Positions 29,690 to 38,675 of a DNA stretch of 64,000 bases are shown here, in pieces. The notes beneath the pieces were generated by a model that had not been told where the DNA came from, did no database searches, and worked only from the letters and a program-made list of their open reading frames with translations. This DNA is from Candidatus Altimarinota bacterium (GTDB taxonomy: Bacteria; Patescibacteriota; Gracilibacteria; JBDHUY01), in assembly GCA_039809385.1 (NCBI GenBank), contig JBDHUY010000005.1, positions 62,254 to 126,253 of the forward strand, written 5' to 3'. The position numbers and the translations under genes are program-made. Within the stretch, counting starts at the first letter, position 1, and each line of letters begins with the position of its first letter.

Positions 29690-30385
29690 TCAGGACAAGC
29701 TTTTCACTGCCTTATCCTCGACGATCACCCCATCCTTGAGGCGGATGATCCGTTTAGCATTGGCGGCTACGTCTTCTTCGTGGGTGACCATGATAATCGT
29801 TTTGCCTTCCCTGTTGAGTGTTTTAAATATTTCCATAATTTCCACACTGGACTTACTATCGAGATTGCCGGTCGGCTCGTCGGCAAACAGGATGCGGGGT
29901 TGATTGACAAGAGCTCGGGCGATTGCCACGCGTTGTTGTTGTCCTCCCGACAGTTCGCTCGGTGTATGCTCCATTCTTTCGCCTAATCCGACCGCTTCCA
30001 GCGCAGCTTTTGCTCTTTTTTGCTGCTCGGAAGCTTTAATATGGGCGTAAATCATGGGCAATTTTACATTTTCCAGGGCGCTCGTCCGGGCCAACAGATG
30101 AAATTGCTGAAACACGAAGCCTACTTTCTTGTTACGAATCTCGGCCAAATCTTCTTCATCAAGTTTTTCTACCGGTTTATTATCGAAGAAATAGTGCCCA
30201 GAAGTCGGAATATCCAGAAACCCGATAATATTCATCAAAGTCGATTTACCCGAACCCGAAGGGCCCATGATGGCCACGAACTCGCCTTCTTCGATTTTCA
30301 GTGATACACCTTTCAAAACGTGCGTCACTAAGTTCTTGCCCATTACATAATCTTTCGTAATGTTCTGAATATCAATAAGCGACAT
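29690..30385 (-). CDS. ABC transporter ATP-binding protein (MacB/LolD type)
   Basis: GPSGSGKST, LSGGQQQRVAIARAL, ADEPTGNLD. Confidence 0.96.
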   Translation of the reverse strand: MSLIDIQNITKDYVMGKNLVTHVLKGVSLKIEEGEFVAIMGPSGSGKSTLMNIIGFLDIPTSGHYFFDNKPVEKLDEEDLAEIRNKKVGFVFQQFHLLARTSALENVKLPMIYAHIKASEQQKRAKAALEAVGLGERMEHTPSELSGGQQQRVAIARALVNQPRILFADEPTGNLDSKSSVEIMEIFKTLNREGKTIIMVTHEEDVAANAKRIIRLKDGVIVEDKAVKSLS

Positions 30386-30393
30386 AGGGCGGG

Positions 30394-30534
30394 TAATTTC
30401 TAAAAACTAAATGCTAAATCCGAAATAAATAACGTCAATCTGTGGAGGAGAAATGACAAATCAAGTTCAAATGATAAAGCGCAAAGTTCAATCCGCCGTG
30501 GCGGATAAATATCAAATAACCAACTTTGAAATTA
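30394..30534. repeat. Heptamer-periodic intergenic element with TAATTTC/GAAATTA ends and an internal GC palindrome
   Basis: Terminal inverted repeat overlaps the upstream gene's TAA; CAAA/TAAA periodic arrays; ATCCGCC-GT-GGCGGAT at 30491-30506. Confidence 0.6.
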
Positions 30535-32517
30535 AACCTTTTTTTCTCCCAAGATGACCATATCGCCTTCGTTTAGGCCTTCCAGAATCTCCACGGTCTT
30601 GGTGCCCGAAAGTCCGAGTTTCACGGTTACTTCGCTCGGTTGTCCGTCTTTGAGCAGCTTCACAAACGGCTTGTTGTCGCGATACTGGATCGCCTGAGGA
30701 GAAATGGTGAGCGTGCTGTTCCTTTTTTCGGTGGTTAAATCGAGATTGGCGGTCATTCCCGGTTTGATACGATTGTCGGTCTGGTCGAATACCACTTTGA
30801 TCTGATAGTAGATAACTCCCTGCACAATCGTTTCGGCAGGATCGATCGAGGCTACTTTCCCGGTAAAAACATCATCCAGGCTGAGCGCGTCAAAGGTCAT
30901 ACGAACCGGGTCGTTGACCTTGACTTTGGCAATATCGGTTTCGGAAATATTGGCCCGGATCTTCAGTTCGGGCGAAATAAGCACGAACATGATATCGGCC
31001 GAGGAAACGCTCTCGCCCACTTTTTTGTTTACCTGGGTGATGGTCCCATCGGCAGGAGAGACCAGCTCCATCTCTCTGATATTCTGCAAAGCCAATTGGT
31101 ACGCAGCCTGGGCCGCATTAACCTGAGCTGCTAAAGAGGCGGTATCGACCGGACGAGGTGCCGCAGCTTTGGCATCGTAGGAACTTTTGGCCGTATTGAT
31201 CGCCACTTGCTTGAGTGAGACTTCTGACTGGGCCGAAGCTAGCAATTTCTGATTTTCAATTAAGGTTTGCTCGAGTGAGGATCGGGCGGTTAACAGACTA
31301 TTTTCAGCTGTATCGATGCCGGAAATTGCTTTATCCAGCAAATCCTTAGCAGTATCGACGGCGGCTTTGGCATTGTCTATACTGGTACCCGTCGAGACAT
31401 CTTTCCCGGAAATATCCAAACGGGCGTTTTTAATCGACTGGGTAGTATTCTGAAGCGAATTGATACTGTCGGTGATAGCTTTTTCCTGGGTAGCCATTGA
31501 AGTTTTCAGATTTTCCAACTCGCTTAAGGTAAAACTGCCCGAAGAAATCGTATTGTTCAGCAATGTAAAAACGTTGCTGAGCAGGCTTTTGTTTTTAATC
31601 AGCGCATCCTGCGTTATCGAAATCAATCGATCCACTTCGTTTTCCTGCCAGGTTCCGTAGATCCGATTATATTCGCTTTCGGCACTGGCCGCAGCCGTCT
31701 TGGCGGGAATATAGCCATCATATGCCCGATTGATGCTTTCCGAGTTCAGAACTCCCAAATAGTCTTCAAACTCGTCGTTCAGATTTTGTTGCTCAATGCC
31801 TAGTACGCTGTCGGTTGCCGGGATAGCCGATTTCATCTGAATCAAAGCGATATTGATCACAGACCGGGCATTATCGTAGGCGTTTTTTAAAGCCTGCACT
31901 GCCACTTCTTTTGTATTCGTTTGTGAGAGTAACGCGTTCTGGTATTGTTTCTCGGCGTTTTTGACCGCGATTTCAGCATTTGTTTTCTGGATGCGTGCGT
32001 TTTCCAGAGTTTTTTGGGCGCTGTCGATGCCTACCTGCGACTTTCTCTCGTTTTCCTGAGCTGTAGAACGCGCCAATTCCAAATTTATCAACGCCGTGTC
32101 ATAGCCTACCTGCGCGCTGTCTATCTGTTTTTGCAAGACATCGAGTTCCTGGCTTGGCGCTCCGGCTTGCCGGGCAGCCAGGCTGCCTTGGGCTGAGGCA
32201 ACGTTGGCCCGGGCCTGTTCGGCCTGTATTTCCAGTGTAGCGGTGTCGAGTTTTGCCAGCAAAGTATTTGTGGATACTATTTGTCCTACTTCGGCATTTA
32301 TATCGCGAATTGTGCCCGGTTTTTCAAATCTCAATTCGATGCGGTCATCCGATTCGGCCGTGCCGGTGGCGGATACAATCTGCTCAACGTCAGACCGTAC
32401 CACTGTTTCGGTCAGATATTCGATTTTGACTGGTTTCGGCCAGAAGGCATAAGCAATCAAAACGAGGATAATGAGAACGACTCCGTATTTTATCAGTCGG
32501 CGGATTTTCTTTTTCAT
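30532..32517 (-). CDS. Efflux membrane-fusion (MacA/HlyD-type) adaptor with long coiled coil
   Basis: N-terminal TM, VSATGT, SPADGTIT, ISETDIAKVK, IKPGMTANL, VEILEGLNEGD. Confidence 0.92.
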   Translation of the reverse strand: MKKKIRRLIKYGVVLIILVLIAYAFWPKPVKIEYLTETVVRSDVEQIVSATGTAESDDRIELRFEKPGTIRDINAEVGQIVSTNTLLAKLDTATLEIQAEQARANVASAQGSLAARQAGAPSQELDVLQKQIDSAQVGYDTALINLELARSTAQENERKSQVGIDSAQKTLENARIQKTNAEIAVKNAEKQYQNALLSQTNTKEVAVQALKNAYDNARSVINIALIQMKSAIPATDSVLGIEQQNLNDEFEDYLGVLNSESINRAYDGYIPAKTAAASAESEYNRIYGTWQENEVDRLISITQDALIKNKSLLSNVFTLLNNTISSGSFTLSELENLKTSMATQEKAITDSINSLQNTTQSIKNARLDISGKDVSTGTSIDNAKAAVDTAKDLLDKAISGIDTAENSLLTARSSLEQTLIENQKLLASAQSEVSLKQVAINTAKSSYDAKAAAPRPVDTASLAAQVNAAQAAYQLALQNIREMELVSPADGTITQVNKKVGESVSSADIMFVLISPELKIRANISETDIAKVKVNDPVRMTFDALSLDDVFTGKVASIDPAETIVQGVIYYQIKVVFDQTDNRIKPGMTANLDLTTEKRNSTLTISPQAIQYRDNKPFVKLLKDGQPSEVTVKLGLSGTKTVEILEGLNEGDMVILGEKKV

Positions 32518-32742
32518 ACAACGCGGGCAAGAAATAAACTGAAGGTATTAATATATTACTTTTTTGGTAAACGCTTCAAGGTCTTTTGGGTGTCAGGCAG
32601 CATAGTCTCGATCTCCTGTCGCAGGGAGTTATACATCTCCTGCAGATCAGAGGCCTTGATTAGTCCGATGGCCTGATCGTCTTTAAGCAATACCAGCAAC
32701 TGGTCGCCTTCTTGTAATTTCAAAATATCCCGGACTTCCTTA

Positions 32743-33584
32743 GGTTGTGTTAACATAAGTAAGGTGATAGAATACTAGGAGTATATAACCCAATGCCTAT
32801 GTACCAAATGCTTACAGAAGATCAGTTCAAGCTGATTGCCCCGTTGTTTCCAAAACCAAGAAAGCCCGAAACAATATCACTACGAAGATGCTTTGACGCG
32901 ATCTGCTATGTACTCAAGAGTGGATGTGGCTGGAGACAACTACCGTACGACTACCGCGAAAAAGAGGGGGACTGGCATACAATATACACACGATACAAAC
33001 GTTGGAGTGAGTCGGGATTGATGGGAAGAATCCTGAGAGCGTTGGAGGTTGCGGACGTCCTGCAAGTGCGGATCGCCTTTCTGGACAGTACGACGGTTCG
33101 AGCACATCATGCGGCATCCGGTGCGCTTAAAAAAAGGGCCCTCAATCACTTGGGAGATCCAAAGGAGGGTTTACTACCAAAATCCATATGATCGCAGGAG
33201 ATCCAGATCATGGAATGCATTTCTCTCTTTCACCGGCAAATACCAGCGACTTCAGTGCCGGAATGAAACTGATTCATGAGTACCAGTTCCCAGATTCGGT
33301 TACTCATCTGGTCATGGATAAAGGATATTCATCCTATGAAACACTCAGGGTGTGCAATGAAAAACAGATTGAAGCGGTCGTTCCACCCAAATCAAATTTT
33401 AAATACCCCTGGTTGTACAACAAAAACATGTATCTCTATCGCAACGAGATTGAACGTCATTTCAACCGACTCAAAAACTTCAGAAGAATCGCTACCAGAT
33501 ATGATAAACTTGATCTCACCTATTCGGCTTTCATTCTCATCGGTATCATTGCTCTCATTCTTAAAGTTATATGTTAACAGCTCC
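32743..33584 (+). mobile_element. IS5-family insertion sequence (IS427-like), 842 bp
   Basis: Imperfect IRs GGTTGTGTTAACATA / GGAGCTGTTAACATA; TA target duplication at 32741-42 and 33585-86. Confidence 0.9.
32793..33577 (+). CDS. IS5-family transposase, two ORFs joined by a -1 frameshift
   Basis: OrfA SGCGWRQLP..LDSTTVRAH; A7G3 run at 33129-33138; -1 frame gives LGRSKGGFTTKIH, DKGY, RNEIERHFNRLKNFRRIATRYDK. Confidence 0.9.
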
Positions 33585-33739
33585 TAGGGATTACGATCTG
33601 GCCTTTGCTTCCGAGGGTAGCCGTTCCGTATATTTTGCACCAGTGGGCTAGATTTTTGGCAATTGGTGGTGATGACTTTTTCATAAAACGCATGGATAAG
33701 AAATCTCACTGGACAGTATAACTAGTTGGAAAAGTATGA

Positions 33740-34333
33740 TCAAGCGATCTTCTTGTCTTTTTGGGGATGGGAGAAGGTAATCTCATGGTACGCTTGTAGC
33801 CAGCGGCCGATTTCCAATTCATGCTCGAGAGTATTTCCGTTGTCAAGTTTTGTAAAATAACATGCTCCATCGGGAATATGGAAGCTAAAACACATCGTTT
33901 CATGTTCCACAATTACTAATTTGAGAAGGGCATTTCCGTTACTGTCATAATCCAGTATCGGTGGCAGAATCGTGAAACCCTCTCTAATTTCAGGGCATTC
34001 AATAATCATCATGGCGATTTTGACTGAAATGATATTTTTAACCTGGTAAATAGGATTGAGGGAAAAAGAGTGTTGTTTATTTAGTTCCCCAACAGCATCT
34101 CTGCATAATTGCATCAGCCTCTCAGCCTTTAGTAAACTGGAGAAAAACGCTATATTGTTTTTTCTTTCTAAAATCTCATGCAATAAAGTATTCGTTCTCG
34201 AAATGTAGAGGGATATATTTCCGGTTAGGTCTTTTGATTCCAGTCTACCAAGGTATTTTGTCACCTTTTGTTGTAGCTTCCGTATGCAATGGTTATCTTC
34301 GCTGATAACGGGAAATTGCGTGCGTATCTCCAT
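33740..34333 (-). CDS. Hypothetical protein
   Basis: AT-rich orphan ORF. The 34426 start overlaps tatD, so 34333 is preferred. Confidence 0.5.
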   Translation of the reverse strand: MEIRTQFPVISEDNHCIRKLQQKVTKYLGRLESKDLTGNISLYISRTNTLLHEILERKNNIAFFSSLLKAERLMQLCRDAVGELNKQHSFSLNPIYQVKNIISVKIAMMIIECPEIREGFTILPPILDYDSNGNALLKLVIVEHETMCFSFHIPDGACYFTKLDNGNTLEHELEIGRWLQAYHEITFSHPQKDKKIA

Positions 34334-34413
34334 AATATCTTTCTTAATATGGTATTTGATTTTTAGACCGTGGTAGGGTACTATACTCCAGTTTTTTTCA
34401 AAATCAACTCGAT

Positions 34414-35190
34414 ATGATCGACGCACATGTGCACCTGGATGCCGAACAATTTGCCACCGATTACCCGGACGTCATTGCCCGCGCGCTGCGGCAAGGAGTG
34501 AGCCAGATGGTAAATGTCGGGGTTACCCGCGAATCCTCGCAGCGTTCAGTGGCTCTGGCACAGGAATATGAATCTATCTATGCAGTCGTCGGGCTCCATC
34601 CTCATGACAATACCGAACTGCTCACTGACGAAGTACGGCAAAGCCTGGAACATTTGATTCAGCAACCAAAAGTCGTCGGTGTCGGTGAGATTGGTCTGGA
34701 TTACCACTGGATCGATGTGGAAGATGAGAAAGCCAGAAGCTTTCAGCACGAGGTATTTGTCTATCAGATGGAATTAGCTCGTCGTTTCCGGCTGCCGGTA
34801 GTGATCCATTCCCGCGATGCAGCCGAAGATACCCTTGAAGTTATTCGTTCTTTTGCTCTGCCCAAAGTAGTATTGCACTGCTATGGCTATGACCTGGCTT
34901 TTGCCGAAAAATTTCTCGCATTGTCAAAGCAGTACATGATCTCTTTTACGGGCATCCTTACGTTTAAAAATGCGACTACTTTGCAGGAAGTTGCCCGTAC
35001 CATTCCACTAAACCGCATCATGCTCGAAACCGACTGTCCGTTCCTAGCGCCCCAGAAATACCGGGGTATTCGCAACGAGCCCGCCTTTGTCATCGAAACC
35101 GGAAGGTTCCTGGCCGAACTACGCGGTGTCTCTTTTTCCGAAATTGATGAGCAAACCACCCGTAATACACGGGAATTTTTTGGATTTTAG
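34414..35190 (+). CDS. tatD: TatD family hydrolase
   Basis: IDAHVHL, GLHPH, VGEIGLDY, IHSRDA, LETDCPFLAP, RNEP. Confidence 0.95.
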   Translation: MIDAHVHLDAEQFATDYPDVIARALRQGVSQMVNVGVTRESSQRSVALAQEYESIYAVVGLHPHDNTELLTDEVRQSLEHLIQQPKVVGVGEIGLDYHWIDVEDEKARSFQHEVFVYQMELARRFRLPVVIHSRDAAEDTLEVIRSFALPKVVLHCYGYDLAFAEKFLALSKQYMISFTGILTFKNATTLQEVARTIPLNRIMLETDCPFLAPQKYRGIRNEPAFVIETGRFLAELRGVSFSEIDEQTTRNTREFFGF

Positions 35191-35225
35191 AGGTCGTCTG
35201 AAAAGTATATCGTTCCTTCTTTGCC

Positions 35226-35396
35226 GTCATGCTGGCCCCGTCCAGCATCCGTATACGCACTGAGCTTGTTTAATGCGCTCGATGGCAATGCAATACAAGA
35301 AACGGTCGCATTTCTCACTAGCAAGCGATACAGAGAACATCACTCTTCGTTCCCCATGTACCAACCGTATCCGGATTCCGGGCAATCCGGAATGAC
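35226..35396. repeat. Inverted pair of GTCAT-type REP-like hairpins
   Basis: GTCATGCTGG-ccccgt-CCAGCATCC (35226-35250) and GGATTCCGG-gcaat-CCGGAATGAC (35373-35396), between convergent genes. Confidence 0.6.
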
Positions 35397-35464
35397 AAAT
35401 GCCATGTTTTCAAGACTTTTCAGACACCCTCTTAAAAAACTATCTATACCGCAAATACTCCATC

Positions 35465-36370
35465 CTATTTCTGTGCCTTGGTCAAATACTCGTACAACGC
35501 CGCGGATTCGTGCTTGTCGATCCGTAATGTTTGAACAGGGAAAGATATATCGATACCGTTTCTTTGTAACTCGACAAAAACATCGCGTAAAATACTTGAT
35601 TGCAGTGTCCACCATCTGAGATTGCTCTTGATCCACCAGCGAATCTGCATATTGACCGTGCTGCTTTGAACTTTGTCTATCAGAATGTCTGGCGGCGGTT
35701 CTTTTTCAACTTCGGGATATCGGGTGAGTATTTCCATGATCTTCTCGTACGCTTTGGGAAATTCGGTATCGTAACCGACCCCAATTTCGATCCAGATACG
35801 CCGGTAGGGGTTGGCTGTATAGACTTTTACCTGTTTGTTAAAAAAATCCAAATTGGGAATCAAAAAATCGTGGCCGTGAAAGTCGTGTAAAATCACGCAA
35901 CGAGAGCCTATACTGGTGACGATGCCGCGCGTTCCGTCAATCTCGACCATATCCCCGATGCGTACTTTTCGCTGGATCAACAAACTGATGCCAGCCACGA
36001 AGTTCCCGATGATGGTCTGAAAGGCAAAGCCGATCCCCAGACCGACTGCTCCGAACAACCAGGCGATTTCGGCAAAAGTATTCGTAACGCCCAGGCCGAT
36101 TGCCAGACTGACGGTCCCGGCGATAATGTAAATTAAACGGCTGGCTAATACGCTGATTTCTCTGTGTTCTTCCTGCGAATCGTTTTTGCGTATGGCAGTT
36201 GTTACTCGCGAAATAATGATTCGGGCGATCAAAAGCGCTACTACGAATAAGATGACTACCAGGGAGATCCGGTAGACGACGTCGACAAATCCAGGGAGAA
36301 ATTCGGCGGCTTTGACTGCGGTATTATTGGCGGTATTTGCTTGGGCCAGTACTTGATCGATCCCGAACAT
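35465..36370 (-). CDS. mscS: Small-conductance mechanosensitive channel
   Basis: GLGIGFAFQTIIGNFVAG, VRIGDMVEI, IPN, GIDISFPVQ. Confidence 0.92.
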   Translation of the reverse strand: MFGIDQVLAQANTANNTAVKAAEFLPGFVDVVYRISLVVILFVVALLIARIIISRVTTAIRKNDSQEEHREISVLASRLIYIIAGTVSLAIGLGVTNTFAEIAWLFGAVGLGIGFAFQTIIGNFVAGISLLIQRKVRIGDMVEIDGTRGIVTSIGSRCVILHDFHGHDFLIPNLDFFNKQVKVYTANPYRRIWIEIGVGYDTEFPKAYEKIMEILTRYPEVEKEPPPDILIDKVQSSTVNMQIRWWIKSNLRWWTLQSSILRDVFVELQRNGIDISFPVQTLRIDKHESAALYEYLTKAQK

Positions 36371-36410
36371 ACAAGGAGGGCCAAAAAGAATAATATCCTT
36401 TTATCATACA

Positions 36411-36452
36411 AAAAAAAGAGTCAAAAGACAACGGGGTCTGACTTTTGACTCT
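36411..36452 (-). terminator. Rho-independent terminator (minus strand)
   Basis: AGAGTCAAAAG...CTTTTGACTCT 11-bp stem followed by a U tract on the minus strand. Confidence 0.7.
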
Positions 36453-36739
36453 CTTCTCGGGCAGGTTTTGGCCGTGGATCGCTAGATGATAAACAGGATT
36501 ATCAGGGCGAAACTGGCCACAGCTACGACGAGGCGGGGGTTCATCCCTTTTCGTGCAACCTTTTTATACATGATCGAGGGTTTATGTTGTACTCTCGGGC
36601 TCCATAATAGGTGTTGAACAAAAAATGTCAACAATAATTTTGAAAAAAATAAACTTTTCATCAACTTCTCTTTCTCGTAAGCTCCTGAAACAAGCCCCTC
36701 ATGAAAGCAATCTTCTTGTATACGAACGACACGTCTTTT

Positions 36740-38458
36740 TTACTCTTGTACTATGCTCGATCCCTTACCGCGATGATCATCCAATGCCTTTCTAAAGCGC
36801 CTACCCAGACTTTCTCCATACAGTTTTTCCAGACGCTCCAAGTGGGAAACAGAGGAGTAAGTCTTCTTGTCCATGAGAACCAGATCCTGCATAAAACGTT
36901 CTACAATATGTGTCTCTATTTCTTTTTTCTTCCGGCGTTTATATTCATCCACATTTTTATCTTCTTCTTCAGTTCTTTTGTACTCCTGTTCCAAATACGA
37001 GTCGAGGTTGGGATTACTGAGTGCTGCCTCGATTGACTCTCGTATCAGGAGGGTTAGGTCGTGCCTGGTAATAAAGCCGAAGGTACGAATAATCGTTTCA
37101 ACTTTCTGTACGTTTTCGAATACAGCGTGATCGGAAACTCCAATCTCATTTTGATGTCCTACCGGAATGAATTGAATTTCCACCTTATGTCTTTTCTGAT
37201 TTGTCGCAGTCCAGTTGCAATTTACACGGAAATCTTCGAAATGTCCGTTTTGTTCGATTTCGAGCGGGCAAAAATAAAAAGTTAACCATTTATTTTCAAC
37301 CGGAAAATAGCTTTGTAACTCTCCATCTTTGTGAGCCATCATATATTCCATGATCGGATGAGGAGAAGTAGTATCTCCGGTCGATTTTTTCTCTCTTAAT
37401 CGGAGTCTGAAGTTGTTGTGCGAGATGGACTTTAATTGTTCAAAGATTGCCGGAAATACGAGCTTAAAATCATTTTCCTGTAACTCGATCCGTAAACCGA
37501 TCTGGTCCTTTACAGCGTGAGGTAAGGAATAGTGAGATTCTTCCTGGGCTTTGCGGATAATCCGGTATTCGGACTTCGCCCGCGAGGCTGTGTTGAATCG
37601 TACCAGTGTATCGTTGATCCGCAGCACCGTTTTTTTCCAGCCATCCTCGTCCGCTTCTTCATCGCGGTAGGAACATTCAGCCTTTATTCCGTTTTCGTAG
37701 CTTTCTTTTTTGAACCCGAAAAGGCTCTTTTCAAATTCTTCGGTGGCTTCGACCAAAGCCGATTCCTCGGGCAGATACTGATGATAATCCAGGTAGGTCA
37801 GTACGTTTTTCAGGTATGCGCAGTAAAATATGCCGTAATGGCTTTTTCCGTTCAACCCGCGTGCTTTTGATACAAAGTCTAATGCAATTTGTTTGACCTC
37901 ATTGAGATATTGCACAGCGATGCGCCAAGGTATCTTTTTTTCAATCTTTTTGCAAAATTTATCCACTGCTTTTATCAAAGGGATGACCTTCTCTTCGACT
38001 TCTTTGATCCCATGATCGATCAGAGCTGATCTTTTCTCAGGGAATAGAAACTCATTCCAGTATTTAAGACTTTTTTCCAAGGATTTCTGTAAAATAGTAT
38101 ATTTTTCTCGTAACACAGCTTGATCGTATTGTTCAAAAGTTTCCGGAAAAAAATTCATAGAACTTACCCTGTTTATGAACGTTAGAACGGCACTCGTATC
38201 GTTCATTTTTGAAGAAGTAGCCTCTTCTTCAAGGGTGTTTTTAGGCTCTTGCGAATCGCTGATGATGCTTTGAATATCTTTCCTGGTAGTACTGGCTGTT
38301 CCAAGAAAAGGAGGAAGGTTTAACAAATCGATTACGCTATATACCTGATCCCCATCGATATCAGGAAAATAACCTCCCGGATCGCATTTTTCAAAACGAT
38401 CGACCGACGGAAAAGGGTTCAGACCAACCATCTGTAATTTTACTTCCGAGGTTCTCAT
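36740..38458 (-). CDS. Large orphan with a RelA/SpoT-synthetase-like nucleotidyltransferase domain
   Basis: RAKS..IIRK..VKDQIGLRI, FEDFRV, VEIQF, NEIG..DHAVFE follow the Syn1-Syn5 order. Confidence 0.6.
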   Translation of the reverse strand: MRTSEVKLQMVGLNPFPSVDRFEKCDPGGYFPDIDGDQVYSVIDLLNLPPFLGTASTTRKDIQSIISDSQEPKNTLEEEATSSKMNDTSAVLTFINRVSSMNFFPETFEQYDQAVLREKYTILQKSLEKSLKYWNEFLFPEKRSALIDHGIKEVEEKVIPLIKAVDKFCKKIEKKIPWRIAVQYLNEVKQIALDFVSKARGLNGKSHYGIFYCAYLKNVLTYLDYHQYLPEESALVEATEEFEKSLFGFKKESYENGIKAECSYRDEEADEDGWKKTVLRINDTLVRFNTASRAKSEYRIIRKAQEESHYSLPHAVKDQIGLRIELQENDFKLVFPAIFEQLKSISHNNFRLRLREKKSTGDTTSPHPIMEYMMAHKDGELQSYFPVENKWLTFYFCPLEIEQNGHFEDFRVNCNWTATNQKRHKVEIQFIPVGHQNEIGVSDHAVFENVQKVETIIRTFGFITRHDLTLLIRESIEAALSNPNLDSYLEQEYKRTEEEDKNVDEYKRRKKKEIETHIVERFMQDLVLMDKKTYSSVSHLERLEKLYGESLGRRFRKALDDHRGKGSSIVQE

Positions 38459-38467
38459 AACAGACTG

Positions 38468-38629
38468 AAAAAAACTCCCGACTCGTATCGGGGGTATTTA
38501 TTTGTTATAGAAACAATAGATTTCTCACGACCCCGATACTTCTCTGCGGTATGGCACGACAATAGTAAGAATCTGAAGATCCTTACCCCACGTGTAGATG
38601 CGACCGGTACAAGAAGAGATCGTAGTCAT
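38468..38629 (-). promoter_or_regulatory. Putative transcription attenuator with a 34-aa leader peptide
   Basis: Leader ORF 38629-38525; antiterminator GTATCGGGG; terminator ACCCCCGA-TACGAG-TCGGGAGT-TTTTTT ending about 10 nt before the downstream ATG. Confidence 0.6.
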
Positions 38630-38675
38630 GTTCAAAAAATGTAACGCTTGCATTCTAACCGCAAATACCGAAAAG

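Larger units (their letters stand above)
32556..33684 (-). pseudogene. AbrB/MazE/SpoVT-family DNA-binding protein gene interrupted by an IS
   Basis: 5' part 33684-33585 (MKKSSPPIAKNLAHWCKIYGTATLGSKGQIVIP) rejoins 3' part 32742-32556 (KEVRDILKLQEGDQLLV) in frame when the IS and one TA are removed. Confidence 0.88.

Noticed and set aside
26732-32517. Two tandem MacB-like permeases as a novelty
   Set aside because: Adaptor + ATPase + paired permease operons are common in CPR and other monoderm bacteria.
32556-32756. Independent 66-aa gene
   Set aside because: Its apparent start lies inside the IS inverted repeat; it is the 3' half of the interrupted AbrB-type gene.
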